Part shown: in pieces, positions 9,768-19,548 of the stretch
Layout of the letters: the number at the start of each line of letters is the position of its first letter
Position numbering within the stretch: position 1 is the stretch's first letter
Source of the DNA: Salinispira sp.
GTDB lineage: Bacteria > Spirochaetota > Spirochaetia > DSM-27196 > Salinispiraceae
Reading direction: 5' to 3'
DNA length: 64,000 nt
Assembly (NCBI GenBank): GCA_965602015.1
Contig: OZ271918.1
Span: 2,336,001-2,400,000 of the forward strand
The notes under the pieces: generated by a model
Seen by the model: only the letters and a program-made list of their open reading frames with translations
Database searches by the model: none
Told to the model about the DNA's origin: nothing
Translations under genes and position numbers: made by a program

Positions 9768-11290
9768 GAACATCGAAAATTGATACCACTGTGGTAGGCA
9801 GTCCCCTCCCCCCGGTGCTAACCGGAATCGCTTCGCTCATTATTCCCGGGCTTGGTCAGGTATTCAGCAATCAGGCCCGCCGGGGTCTGCTTATGCTGGC
9901 CTCCCTGGGCACCATGGTGGGAATCCTCATCACCCGCATCTACGCCATCGGGGTCGAGTATTTCGTCGACGGTTTTTGGCCCGCCGCCGCAAAGGCCCTG
10001 GAACGCTACACCGCCTTCTCAGTCGTCATGGTTTTATCCCTGGGTTTTTTATACCTCTGGATAGCGTATGATGCGTATCGGCTCGCGAAGGACAAAAAGA
10101 AGCAGAAAAACTTCGGTTTCTGGGTGGTGCTCCTGGGTTTTTTCACCCTGGGTTACCAGCTCTCGGAAATCAACCTGGTCCGCATGGTACAGAACTTTCC
10201 CGATGCTTCAAGGCGCATGGCCCGGGTAATGTGGCCCTGGGAAGCGGCGTTCGAGTACGATGAAGAGCGGGTGGAAGCCGACGCGTTAATCAGAGTAAGC
10301 GCCGAAGGCGAACTGCCCCCGGTTCCCCAGCGGGAAGACGGGGAGCCCTACATTAGCATCGAACCACGCTTCGGAACACTGGGCCAAGTGGACGAACAGT
10401 ACAATCAGGTACCGGGCACGGAGATTACCGTTACCGGCAGCGGATTTACCCCGAACACCTTCACGGAAATATACTGGGTCGACGACGCCGCGACGGAATT
10501 CCGTCCCCGGACAGACGGGAGCTACGTATCAGTTACCACCGACGCCGACGGAAATTTCCAGCTGACCATGGACCTGCCTTTCGATGACACCCCGAGCGGG
10601 AGAACCGGTACGATATACAACGAGGTAATCGCCCGTCAGAGTTTTGAGGTGGGCAATGCCCGGTTCTCAAACGAGTTGAATCTCATACTCGAACTGATGC
10701 TCGAGACCATTTTTATGGGAATGATGGCGACCATATTCGGAATCGTTTTTTCCATCCCTGTGAGCTTTCTGGCTGCCCGGAACATCATGGGAGGAACCAA
10801 ACTCGGACTGGCGGTTTACTATCTCACCAGAACAATATTGAATATTATCCGGTCAATTGAACCTCTCATTTGGGCGGTTATCGCCGTTGTCTGGGTCGGA
10901 ATCGGCACCCCGTTCGCGGGTATAATCGCGCTGACGATTCACTCCATAGCCGCCCTCGGCAAGCTCTATTCAGAGGCAATCGAGAGCATCGATCACGGAC
11001 CGATAGAGGCGATACAGGCAACCGGTGCCAATCAGCTCCAGACGATAATGTTCGCCATAATTCCCCAAATGATCAGCCCGTTTGTATCGTTCTCGATATA
11101 CCGATGGGATATTAACGTCCGCATGTCCACCATCATCGGTATGGTCGGCGGCGGGGGCGTAGGATTCATCGTCGTGCAGTTTATACGCCTGGGTCTCTAC
11201 CAGGAGGCGGGAATCGCCGTCTGGTTCATCGCGATGACCGTTGCCCTGCTCGATTATGTCTCGGCCGAAATTAGAAATAGATTTGTGTAG
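9764..11290 (+). CDS. phnE: Phosphonate ABC transporter permease with long N-terminal extension
   Basis: C-terminal LGKLYSEAIE..D.GP.EA..ATGA, YRWDINVR.STIIG.VGGGG; 508 aa, with extra TMs and a beta-rich soluble insert. Confidence 0.88.
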   Translation: MRTSKIDTTVVGSPLPPVLTGIASLIIPGLGQVFSNQARRGLLMLASLGTMVGILITRIYAIGVEYFVDGFWPAAAKALERYTAFSVVMVLSLGFLYLWIAYDAYRLAKDKKKQKNFGFWVVLLGFFTLGYQLSEINLVRMVQNFPDASRRMARVMWPWEAAFEYDEERVEADALIRVSAEGELPPVPQREDGEPYISIEPRFGTLGQVDEQYNQVPGTEITVTGSGFTPNTFTEIYWVDDAATEFRPRTDGSYVSVTTDADGNFQLTMDLPFDDTPSGRTGTIYNEVIARQSFEVGNARFSNELNLILELMLETIFMGMMATIFGIVFSIPVSFLAARNIMGGTKLGLAVYYLTRTILNIIRSIEPLIWAVIAVVWVGIGTPFAGIIALTIHSIAALGKLYSEAIESIDHGPIEAIQATGANQLQTIMFAIIPQMISPFVSFSIYRWDINVRMSTIIGMVGGGGVGFIVVQFIRLGLYQEAGIAVWFIAMTVALLDYVSAEIRNRFV

Positions 11291-11293
11291 GCA

Positions 11294-12283
11294 ATGTTGA
11301 TGTATGTCCCCGCGCTCGTCGCGGGGCTTGTACTTCTCCTTTGGTCCGCGGACCGTTTCGTCGAAGGATCTTCCAGGGCCGCTGAGTACGCCGGCGTTCC
11401 TGCGGTTCTCATCGGCATGATCATTGTCGGTTTTGGAACCTCGGTGCCCGAACTGCTTGTGTCGGCCCTGGCTGCCGCCGAGGGAAACAGCGGCATCGCA
11501 TTGGGAAATGTTCTGGGTTCGAATATCGCCAATATCGCACTGATCATCGGCGTCAGCGCGGTTGTGGCTCCTATGGCGGTTCATTCTTCGGTGATCAAAC
11601 GGGAGTTGCCGATGCTGGCCGCCGTCACAGTTATCGGATCTGTTCTTCTTCTCGATCGACAGCTTGGAAGGCTCGATGCGCTGCTTATGCTGGCGGTTTT
11701 CGCTGCTGTACTGTGGTGGAGTATAAAAACCGGAAATGCAAACCGGGAAGACGGACTCGCAGTAGAGATTCGCGCCGAGGCCTCGGGAGGCGCGATGTCG
11801 CCAAAATCCGCAATACTCTGGATAATAATCGGGCTGCTAATACTCCTGTTGAGTTCCAGACTGCTCATCTGGTCCGCCACCGGATTAGCCAGAATCTTCG
11901 GGGTAAGCGAGACCATAATCGGACTCACCATCATAGCCGTGGGAACGTCGCTACCCGAGCTGGCTTCCTCGGTGTTGGCTGCCCGCCGAGGCCGCCATGA
12001 ACTGGCCCTGGGCAACGTCATCGGCTCAAATATCTTTAATCTCATGATGGTGACGGGCCTCGCTGGTATTATCCGTCCGCTCAAAATCGAGCCCCTTGTC
12101 CTCAACAGGGATGTTCCTTCAATGGCCTTTGTGACGGTGTTGCTGTTTCTCTTTGCATTCGGTTTTCGAGGACGTCCTGGAAGGATTAACAGAGTCGAAG
12201 GCCTGGTATTGATTATGACCTACATTTTGTACAGCTTTCTGGTTTTTTTGCTTACAGCTGATTTTAATGCCATGACAATATAA
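11294..12283 (+). CDS. Calcium/sodium antiporter (YrbG family)
   Basis: Two alpha repeats GTSVPEL...GNVLGSNIAN and GTSLPEL...GNVIGSNIFN. Confidence 0.92.
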   Translation: MLMYVPALVAGLVLLLWSADRFVEGSSRAAEYAGVPAVLIGMIIVGFGTSVPELLVSALAAAEGNSGIALGNVLGSNIANIALIIGVSAVVAPMAVHSSVIKRELPMLAAVTVIGSVLLLDRQLGRLDALLMLAVFAAVLWWSIKTGNANREDGLAVEIRAEASGGAMSPKSAILWIIIGLLILLLSSRLLIWSATGLARIFGVSETIIGLTIIAVGTSLPELASSVLAARRGRHELALGNVIGSNIFNLMMVTGLAGIIRPLKIEPLVLNRDVPSMAFVTVLLFLFAFGFRGRPGRINRVEGLVLIMTYILYSFLVFLLTADFNAMTI

Positions 12284-12299
12284 ACCCCTTCCAGCCGGC

Positions 12300-14549
12300 T
12301 CAGCGCTCCTCAACCAGGGAGACCAGGTGCATAATTGACTTCCTGTTGTCCGACTGGGCATTTTGAACCGATTGTATAGCCTCGTTGAGCGAACGGATGC
12401 GGGAAATCATCTCCGCGACGTCCTTGTGGCTGTGGCGGCTTACCTCTTCGAGATCGCTCATCGCCGCGGTGCTCTGACTCCGTTCTTTTTCAAGCACCGC
12501 GCTTTCTTCCCTCAGCTCACGGCTGACCTGCCCCATTCTCTCGATCTGTTGGCGGATCTCACTGCCCTTGGACAACTGGGCCTGCAACAACTGCCTGACT
12601 GCGTCTATTGTGCCTGAGAAACCGGAAACCGCACCCCTGATCCGCTCAAAACCTCCGAGGACTTGGCGGTTGGTGTCAACCGCTGCCTGTATGCCCGATG
12701 AAATGGCGGTCAGTTCCTCGCCGGTTATGGCTGACTGTTCGGCGGTTTCCTCCGCGAGCTTTCTGATTTCTTCGGCAACAACGGCGAATCCCCTGCCGGT
12801 ATCACCGGCGTGGGCGGCTTCGATAGCGGCGTTCATCGAGAGCAGATTGGTCTGGCTTGAAATGTTGGAAATCAACTCATTAGTTTCGAGCAGCTGTTCA
12901 GATCTGGCGCTGATATCCCGGACATGTTCGCTCATGCTTTCTATCTGGTCCAGACCGCTGGTACTGGTCTCATCGAGTTCGGAAAACGATTTCTCCAGGC
13001 TGCTGAACTGGCTGCTCAGGCTCTGCAGGTCGGCGATCATGTCGCTTACCGAATCGATCGAGCTCTCGGCGTCCCGGGTCTGAGCATTGATGGTTTCCTT
13101 CACTGAGGCAAAGTAGCCGCTCAAGTGTCCGTTGATCTCCTGAGCTGTCGACAGGCTCCCGTCCTGCCGGACAAGTCCCTCATCCACCCCGTTCATCCGG
13201 TTTTGCAAATCCGATAGCGCCTGTTCGGCCTGGGAGAGACTTTGGCTGAGCAGCGCGTTGGATTCGCTTACCGAGGCGCCGGCCTTGCGGATTTCCACAA
13301 AGAGGGACTCAAGCTTTCCGGTGGACTGATTCAGTTCTTCGCTGCGGCGAACGCTTTCCTGTCGTTCACGGGTGAAGCGTTTTGCCAAGTAAACCGATTG
13401 ACTCACGAAAAACATCAACAGACCGCCGCTGAGAATTGAGCCGGTCTGGAGTATCAGGAGGGCGTTGAGCATGTCGTTTACGAAGGCAACCAGAAGGGAC
13501 AACACGGCGATGAACACAAAACGACCCCCGTTCCGCCGGCGTATCATGACCAGCGCGGCGATAACTACCACATACAGAACCTGGATAACCAGCAGGCCCT
13601 GCTGAGCGCTGACCAGGGAGGTGAAAATCCTGACCGGAGCAAACAGTATCAGCAGTCCGTACACCGCCTCGATGGCCAAAAAGATCAGATATAACCAGGT
13701 CCTAACCTCATTGGGATACAGGGAACGGAGAAAGGCGATCATCGCCACTCCGATGAATGCGAAGGTCAAATATTCAATCCGAATAACAACGAACCAGGAC
13801 AGAAAAGGCAGCAATTCCTGGAGGAAAATATGTTCGGTGCTCAGAACGCGGAATGCGGCGAGAGCCGTAAAAATAAAAAAGTACAGAAGACTCTTTTCAG
13901 CGGGCTGGTAGGCCCACAATGCCAGATGATAGAGGGCCATCGCCACGGCTATCCCGACAAAAATCCCTTCGATGAGACGCTGGCGGTTCCACTGGTCGGA
14001 AAGGAGCTGGAACTCTCCGATACTCACCGAGCTTTGAAGTCCCGAACTGTTCTGATGGAAATTACTGATCTGGATTATCAGATCGATACTGCCCTCATGG
14101 GCAGGAAGCGGTATGAGGCTGTGATCGTATTGGGGAACAGTGGAAGCCCGGTCAGTGCCGACCCGGCCTACTTCGCGGATTACCTGTCCATTGGCCAGAA
14201 CCCGGTACGCGTTATTCGGTCTGCGCAACAGGAGACCCAGGTTGGCGGCCCGGGAGTCGAGAAGAATACGCATCCCGTAGCTGGCAAAGCCTGAGCCGTC
14301 GATGGTTTGTCCGCCGACTTGCTGCCCTTCCCAGGCGGCGGGTGCGTCGATCACATCCCCGGAAAAATCCCGAATATCGTCGACGTGTTCCCGCCAGGCG
14401 AATAGCCACTGTCCCGAGAGCTCTTGGGAGAACCCCGGTTCCCCGGAGGCGCTGCGAAAATCTGCTGTACCGGAACGGATGCTTTGGGCTCCCGCTGCCG
14501 CAGCAGTGAACAGCATCAGGGCGATTATGGTGATCTTGCGAATGTACAT
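12300..14549 (-). CDS. Methyl-accepting chemotaxis protein with a 7TM-DISM-like sensor
   Basis: Signal peptide; extracellular LSGQW.F / GFASY / QISNF domain; about 7 TMs; C-terminal [35 protein letters not shown] signalling hairpin. Confidence 0.88.
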   Translation of the reverse strand: MYIRKITIIALMLFTAAAAGAQSIRSGTADFRSASGEPGFSQELSGQWLFAWREHVDDIRDFSGDVIDAPAAWEGQQVGGQTIDGSGFASYGMRILLDSRAANLGLLLRRPNNAYRVLANGQVIREVGRVGTDRASTVPQYDHSLIPLPAHEGSIDLIIQISNFHQNSSGLQSSVSIGEFQLLSDQWNRQRLIEGIFVGIAVAMALYHLALWAYQPAEKSLLYFFIFTALAAFRVLSTEHIFLQELLPFLSWFVVIRIEYLTFAFIGVAMIAFLRSLYPNEVRTWLYLIFLAIEAVYGLLILFAPVRIFTSLVSAQQGLLVIQVLYVVVIAALVMIRRRNGGRFVFIAVLSLLVAFVNDMLNALLILQTGSILSGGLLMFFVSQSVYLAKRFTRERQESVRRSEELNQSTGKLESLFVEIRKAGASVSESNALLSQSLSQAEQALSDLQNRMNGVDEGLVRQDGSLSTAQEINGHLSGYFASVKETINAQTRDAESSIDSVSDMIADLQSLSSQFSSLEKSFSELDETSTSGLDQIESMSEHVRDISARSEQLLETNELISNISSQTNLLSMNAAIEAAHAGDTGRGFAVVAEEIRKLAEETAEQSAITGEELTAISSGIQAAVDTNRQVLGGFERIRGAVSGFSGTIDAVRQLLQAQLSKGSEIRQQIERMGQVSRELREESAVLEKERSQSTAAMSDLEEVSRHSHKDVAEMISRIRSLNEAIQSVQNAQSDNRKSIMHLVSLVEER

Positions 14550-14601
14550 TTATTCAGTATTATCGCAATTACCTGCGCTGTAAATGCCGTCCGGTCAAAG
14601 A

Positions 14602-14678
14602 TTGTCGGTTGTCGGAGTTTGGTTGTCGGACGTCGGAGGCCGGGCGTAGGAGGCCGGACGTCGGAGACTGGGCGTCGA
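14602..14678. repeat. Degenerate heptamer tandem repeat (11 x NNGTCGG-like)
   Basis: TTGTCGG TTGTCGG AGTTTGG TTGTCGG ACGTCGG AGGCCGG GCGTAGG AGGCCGG ACGTCGG AGACTGG GCGTCGA. Confidence 0.8.
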
Positions 14679-14693
14679 ACCGTGAACGCAATA

Positions 14694-14722
14694 GACGGCC
14701 GCAACCCGAGGCAGCGGCCGTC
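14694..14722 (-). terminator. GC-rich hairpin just 3' of uraA
   Basis: GACGGCCGC-N11-GCGGCCGTC, 10 nt after the uraA stop; weak U-tract. Confidence 0.55.
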
Positions 14723-14731
14723 CCACAGTTT

Positions 14732-16078
14732 TTATTCCCGCGGATGTTTCGCGATATTCTCTTCGATCATTTCCTCGGCGCTTTCTTCATTGGCCCCCGT
14801 ATTGAGGGTTTTCGGAAGAATCAGGTTCAGAAGGATTCCCACGAGAGTAGCCAGTGCGAGGCCGCTGAGTTCGAAATTCAGTCCCTCTCCCATTGGAAAA
14901 AACAATCGCCCCCCGCCTATTCCCAGTACGAGAATTACCGAGGTAATTGTCAGGTTTTTCTTGCAGGTGTAATCGACACCGCTTTCGACAACGGTCCGGA
15001 TACCCGCCGAAGCGATGATGCCGAACAGCATAGTGGAAATGCCGCCCATAACCGGAGTCGGGATGGTGCTGATTATGGCTCCGAATTTCTGAATGAAGGA
15101 CAGCGCCAGGGCAACCACCGCCGCCCCTCCGACGACCCATACGGAATACACCCTGGTCATTGCCATTACGCCGATATTCTCCCCGTAGGTGGTGTTCGGC
15201 GGGCCCCCGAAGAGGGAAGCCACCGTTGTGGCCAGTCCGTCGCCGCTGAGGGTTTTATGAAGACCGGGATCGCGGTAAAAATCCCGTCCAACAACCTTGC
15301 TTAAAACCAGGGTATCTCCAAGATGCTCGGCAATGGTCGCCAGGGAAACAAGCAGGAATGTTACCACAGGAACCAGACTGAATTTCGGCAGTACAAGGGT
15401 CGGAAGGCCGAACCAGGCGGCATCTCGGATCGCCGCGAAATCGATAAACGCAAAGGACGGGAAGAACAGTCCCATAATCAGGGTAAACAGATATCCACCG
15501 GCTATGGCGATCAATACCGGAATGACGGTAAAAAACCCTTTGAGAACTACGGAAGAGAGTACCGCGATGCCCAGGGTTACCGCGGCGATTGCCAGGGAGC
15601 TCAAGGAGTACACCGAGCTTCCGTCTTCCGCCATTCGGAACAGCGCCATATCCATGGCCACCGGAGCCAGGTTGAGTCCGATGACGATGATAACCGCACC
15701 GGTGACCACCGGAGGCAGCAGAAGGTCCAGCCATTTGGTGCCGGCGAAGCGGATGATCTGCCCGACCAGCAGGTACAAGAGGCCGACGGCGAAGGCGCCT
15801 CCCATGGCATAGGCGACTCCGTACGCGCCGCTCACGGCTATCAGCGGCGGAATGAAGGCGAAAGACGAACCCAGATAGGCCGGCACTTTGGCACCGGTAA
15901 TAAGGATGTACAACAGGGTTCCCAGACCCGAGGTGAACAGCGCCGTCGAGGGGGAAAGGCCGGTGAGCAGCGGGACCAGCACGGTAGCTCCGAACATGGC
16001 GAATACATGTTGAAAGCTCAGAGGAAGCCAGCGGGAAACCGGCGGCTTTTCCGTTACGTCGAGGTAGTCGTGTGACAT
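14732..16078 (-). CDS. uraA: Uracil/xanthine permease (NCS2 family)
   Basis: [45 protein letters not shown] before ATG 16078. Confidence 0.92.
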   Translation of the reverse strand: MSHDYLDVTEKPPVSRWLPLSFQHVFAMFGATVLVPLLTGLSPSTALFTSGLGTLLYILITGAKVPAYLGSSFAFIPPLIAVSGAYGVAYAMGGAFAVGLLYLLVGQIIRFAGTKWLDLLLPPVVTGAVIIVIGLNLAPVAMDMALFRMAEDGSSVYSLSSLAIAAVTLGIAVLSSVVLKGFFTVIPVLIAIAGGYLFTLIMGLFFPSFAFIDFAAIRDAAWFGLPTLVLPKFSLVPVVTFLLVSLATIAEHLGDTLVLSKVVGRDFYRDPGLHKTLSGDGLATTVASLFGGPPNTTYGENIGVMAMTRVYSVWVVGGAAVVALALSFIQKFGAIISTIPTPVMGGISTMLFGIIASAGIRTVVESGVDYTCKKNLTITSVILVLGIGGGRLFFPMGEGLNFELSGLALATLVGILLNLILPKTLNTGANEESAEEMIEENIAKHPRE

Positions 16079-16191
16079 GGTGATGTCTCCTGGAATTTTT
16101 TCGATTATATCAAAAGTGTCGCCGGCGCGAAAAGCGCCGGAGGAAACTTTGGTACTGCACCTTTGGGGGCGTACCGTCATATACTCAAGCA

Positions 16192-16626
16192 ATGACCATC
16201 GAACAGAAAATCATTACCCTGGATGAGTACCCCAGGGGATGTCAGCTCATCAGCGCAGAACTGTTCTCCCGGCTGCCCGGCCTGGGGGAACTTGAGGTCG
16301 GCATGCTGCAGTTGACTATTCTGCATACATCAGCCTCTCTGGTTCTTAATGAAAACGCCGATCCTGAGGTGCGCACTGATATGGAAGCCATCCTCAATCA
16401 TTTGGTGCCCGAAGGACTTCCGTTTCTTACCCATTTGTATGAAGGAGCCGACGACATGCCGGCCCATGCGAAGGCCGCTATTCTCGGGTCATCGGTGATG
16501 ATACCCATAAACCGGGGAAGACCGGTTCTGGGAACCTGGCAGGGCATTTACCTGTGCGAGCATCGAAATCATGGGGGGAGGCGGCGGATAGCCGCCACCT
16601 GGTGGGGAAAAACAAGCCAACACTGA
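16192..16626 (+). CDS. yjbQ: Secondary thiamine-phosphate synthase YjbQ (UPF0047)
   Basis: HTSASL..NENADP.V..D, EG.DDMPAH.K, LGTWQGIYLCEHR. Confidence 0.92.
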   Translation: MTIEQKIITLDEYPRGCQLISAELFSRLPGLGELEVGMLQLTILHTSASLVLNENADPEVRTDMEAILNHLVPEGLPFLTHLYEGADDMPAHAKAAILGSSVMIPINRGRPVLGTWQGIYLCEHRNHGGRRRIAATWWGKTSQH

Positions 16627-16686
16627 GAATCGAACTCAGGACCTACGCTTTACGAGAGCGTTGCTCTACCGCTGAGCTATGTTGGC
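16615..16686 (-). tRNA. tRNA-Thr(CGT)
   Basis: Reverse strand GCCAACATAGCTCAGCGGTAGAGCAACGCTCTCGTAAAGCGTAGGTCCTGAGTTCGATTCTCAGTGTTGGCT: acceptor GCCAACA/TGTTGGC, anticodon arm ACGCT-CT CGT AA-AGCGT, TTCGA loop; CCA not encoded. Confidence 0.96.
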
Positions 16687-16699
16687 ATGTACGTGGAAA

Positions 16700-16727
16700 T
16701 TTATAGCATATATGAGGCCGAAGTCAA
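16700..16727 (-). promoter_or_regulatory. Sigma70-type promoter for the tRNA
   Basis: TTGACT-N16-TATAAA with extended TG on the minus strand, 13 nt upstream of the tRNA. Confidence 0.55.
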
Positions 16728-16734
16728 ACATGGT

Positions 16735-18438
16735 TTAGCCGCGGTTTTTTACTTCTTGCATCCATCTGACAACGGCGTCCGCCGAGGCCGGCCGGGCGTA
16801 CAGGAAACCTTGAAAGAGAACGTCATCGCGACCTTCATAGCGGGAATGCTGGGCTTCGTTTTCCACCCCTTCGATTATGACCCGTTTTCCAATGTCGGTG
16901 ACTATATCCACCATGCCCGAAACGATTCTACCGTCGACCCCGTCATCGTCCACCCTTTCTATGAGGTGGCGGTCGAATTTCACGTAATCGACAGCCAATC
17001 TTCCGAGGTAGTTCAGCGAGGAATAGCCCGACCCGAAATCATCCATGGCGAAGCGATTACCCGCTGCAAGGAGTGACTGAATCCGGTGGTTAAAATCCTC
17101 AATGTCTTGAATGATCACCGACTCGGTTATTTCCAATAGTATACTGCTTCCGGATACTCCCGCTTGTTCAAGCAGATCAATAATAATCCGGGGAAAATCC
17201 GGATCCTGGAACTGGACGGCCGACACGTTCACCGATATGAGCAGGTCCGGGTTCTGCGGCTCGAACTGAGCGGTAAAATCTTCAAGCAAGCGTTCAAAAA
17301 GATATGTTCCGATGGGAGAAATCAGCCCGGTTTCCTCGGCTATGGGGATAAATGAATCCGGGGGTATCATTCCCTTTCCCGGGTGGGTCCATCGGGCCAG
17401 GGCTTCCGGAATAACCGCCCCTCCCCTCTGATCGACGATGGGCTGGTATGCCAGCGACAATTCCCGATTATCAAGAGCGGAGTAGAGATCCGATTCAATT
17501 TCCGCCCTGTTGAGGGCAGTCCTGGAAAGCTCTTCTGAAAAAAACCGGATGTGCTGGGGTGTTTTCTTTGCGGCGTACATCGCCAGGTCCGCGTGCTTCA
17601 GCAACACCCCTATTTCCTCTCCGTCCCGGGGGTAGAGGGCGATGCCGAAGCTTCCGTTCACCTCCAGGTGACTTCCCCGAACCAGGAACTCGGAGGATAA
17701 TGCGCCGCGAAGTTTTGCACAGATTTGAAAGGCATCCTCTTCCCTGGACAGCTCGGTCGACACGATGACGAATTCATCGCCGCCGACCCTGAAGCAGAGG
17801 TCGCTGCGGCGCAAATTTTCCCGGATGCGCCGGGCGCAGAGACGCAGGAGCTCATCCCCTGCCTGATGGCCGAGGCTGTCATTTATTGTCTTAAAACGAT
17901 CGAGGTCGATAAAAACAACCGCCATGACACCCTGATCCCCTTCCCTGCGGTTCATTCCGGAGTGAAAAAAGGACATAAGTGCCTCCCGGTTTCGAAGGCC
18001 GGTGAGGGAATCGTGTTGGGCCAGATATTCGTTTCTCTCGACGATTTCCAGCTGCTTGCGGTAGTTGAACCGCATCCAGTTTCTCAGGCCCAGGGAAACC
18101 ATGAGGAAGCCCGAAACGAAGGAGAGGTTTTCGACGGCGGCCCGGATCGCCAGGCGAAGACCAAATTCATCCAGCAAATCTGCCAAGGCGCCAATGGCGA
18201 ACAGTCCGACCCCGACGGAAATGACCAGCCTGTCGGCGGGGTCGTGTATGTGCTTCAGGAACCTTGTCCAAATCAGAACAAAGGCAAGCACCGAAAGCTC
18301 TGAGAAAAAATCAACGATTTCAAAGGCAGCGGGCAGCAAGGGGCTGAGAATGGCGGACAAGGCGAATATCGCGATGTTAACCACAAAGACAATGAGGAAT
18401 GTTCGTGTCACATACCGGGTACCGGCGTCCTTATCCAA
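16735..18438 (-). CDS. Membrane-anchored diguanylate cyclase / phosphodiesterase (GGDEF-EAL)
   Basis: About 4 N-terminal TMs; HDSLTGL.NR, IDLDRFK.INDSLGH..GD, intact GGDEF; EALARW, DDFGSGYSSL, EGVE, QGF. Confidence 0.93.
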   Translation of the reverse strand: MDKDAGTRYVTRTFLIVFVVNIAIFALSAILSPLLPAAFEIVDFFSELSVLAFVLIWTRFLKHIHDPADRLVISVGVGLFAIGALADLLDEFGLRLAIRAAVENLSFVSGFLMVSLGLRNWMRFNYRKQLEIVERNEYLAQHDSLTGLRNREALMSFFHSGMNRREGDQGVMAVVFIDLDRFKTINDSLGHQAGDELLRLCARRIRENLRRSDLCFRVGGDEFVIVSTELSREEDAFQICAKLRGALSSEFLVRGSHLEVNGSFGIALYPRDGEEIGVLLKHADLAMYAAKKTPQHIRFFSEELSRTALNRAEIESDLYSALDNRELSLAYQPIVDQRGGAVIPEALARWTHPGKGMIPPDSFIPIAEETGLISPIGTYLFERLLEDFTAQFEPQNPDLLISVNVSAVQFQDPDFPRIIIDLLEQAGVSGSSILLEITESVIIQDIEDFNHRIQSLLAAGNRFAMDDFGSGYSSLNYLGRLAVDYVKFDRHLIERVDDDGVDGRIVSGMVDIVTDIGKRVIIEGVENEAQHSRYEGRDDVLFQGFLYARPASADAVVRWMQEVKNRG

Positions 18439-18500
18439 TTAGCTCTTTCCGTTCAGTACGATTTAACTCTCACTAACGAGTATAACGGATTGGAAAAAAA

Positions 18501-19481
18501 TCACCATAAATGATGGACTATCGGCTTGATCTGCCGCTGATAGAGCTCCCGGGCAGCCTTCATCGACGGGGAATCCAGGATTCCCGCATCGGCAGCTTCG
18601 GTATTTTGAATTACCTGCTCCTGACTTGAAGCACCGGGGATCACCGTGGAGATTTGAGGATGAGTGAGTATCCATCGCAAGGCGCTGTGAGCCAGCGGTT
18701 GGGGAAGGCTTTTCTCCAGTTCGCCCACTGCAGACAGACCGGTCTCGTAGGGTACCCCGGAAAAGGTCTCCCCCTTGTCAAAGGCCGCGCCGTCACGGTT
18801 AAAGTTCCGGTGATCTCCCTCGGCGAAGCTGCTTGTCTTCCCGAATTTGCCGGTAAGAAGGCCGCTTGCAAGCGGTACCCTGGCAAGGACCGCGCAGTTT
18901 TTCTCCGCCGCCCGGGGCAAAAAGAGTTCTGCCGGCCGCTGCCGGAATATGTTGAAAATGATCTGCACCGAAACCACATTTTCGTACTCTATCGCTTTTA
19001 ATGCCTCTTCGACTTTTTCGACGCTGACCCCCAGATGGAGGATTTTCCCCTGCTCTTTCAGCCTTTCGAAGGTAGCGAAAATTTCCGGGCGGTAGTAAAT
19101 CTCCGTAGGGGGACAGTGCAGCTGAATGAGGTCGAGGGTTTCAAACCCGGTGTTTTTCAGACTTGCCTCGACGAAATCCGTGAGGGCCTGCGGGGTATAG
19201 GATTCGTTGATATGGGGATTGAGGAACCGGCCGCATTTTGTGGCGACATAGACCCGTTCGCTCCGCCGTTTCACCACCCGGGCGACCGCCGCCTCGCTTT
19301 GGCGGTTTTCGTATACATCGGCGGTATCGATGAAATTAACGCCCCGGTCCACGGCCTCGTTTATAATGCGCTCGGCCAGGGCTTCATCAAATCCGCTGCC
19401 CCATTTTCCGCCGACCTGCCAGGTTCCCAACGAGATTTCCGAGACATTCCAGCCCGTTCTGCCAAAGCACCGGTAGTTCAT
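18501..19481 (-). CDS. Aldo/keto reductase
   Basis: SEISLGTW, GVNFIDTADVY, LDLIQLH, VPLASGLLTGK; second ATG (19481) is better spaced from SD GGAGG. Confidence 0.92.
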   Translation of the reverse strand: MNYRCFGRTGWNVSEISLGTWQVGGKWGSGFDEALAERIINEAVDRGVNFIDTADVYENRQSEAAVARVVKRRSERVYVATKCGRFLNPHINESYTPQALTDFVEASLKNTGFETLDLIQLHCPPTEIYYRPEIFATFERLKEQGKILHLGVSVEKVEEALKAIEYENVVSVQIIFNIFRQRPAELFLPRAAEKNCAVLARVPLASGLLTGKFGKTSSFAEGDHRNFNRDGAAFDKGETFSGVPYETGLSAVGELEKSLPQPLAHSALRWILTHPQISTVIPGASSQEQVIQNTEAADAGILDSPSMKAARELYQRQIKPIVHHLW

Positions 19482-19548
19482 ATTCATCCTCCTGATGCGG
19501 AATAGCCGCTAACAGATGAGATTCTGCGCTTACCCATTACGGCCGCAT

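Noticed and set aside
14424..15304. Plus-strand ORFs 14424-14972 and 14609-15304
   Set aside because: They arise from the stop-poor heptamer repeat and the antisense of uraA and the MCP; composition is not protein-like.
16079..16191. PyrR attenuator upstream of uraA
   Set aside because: A TATAAT lies about 25 nt from the start, and I see no PyrR-binding loop or terminator; only a small CCGGCGC hairpin upstream.
16615..16686. tRNA as attachment site of a genomic island
   Set aside because: I found no duplicated tRNA 3' end and no integrase in the window.
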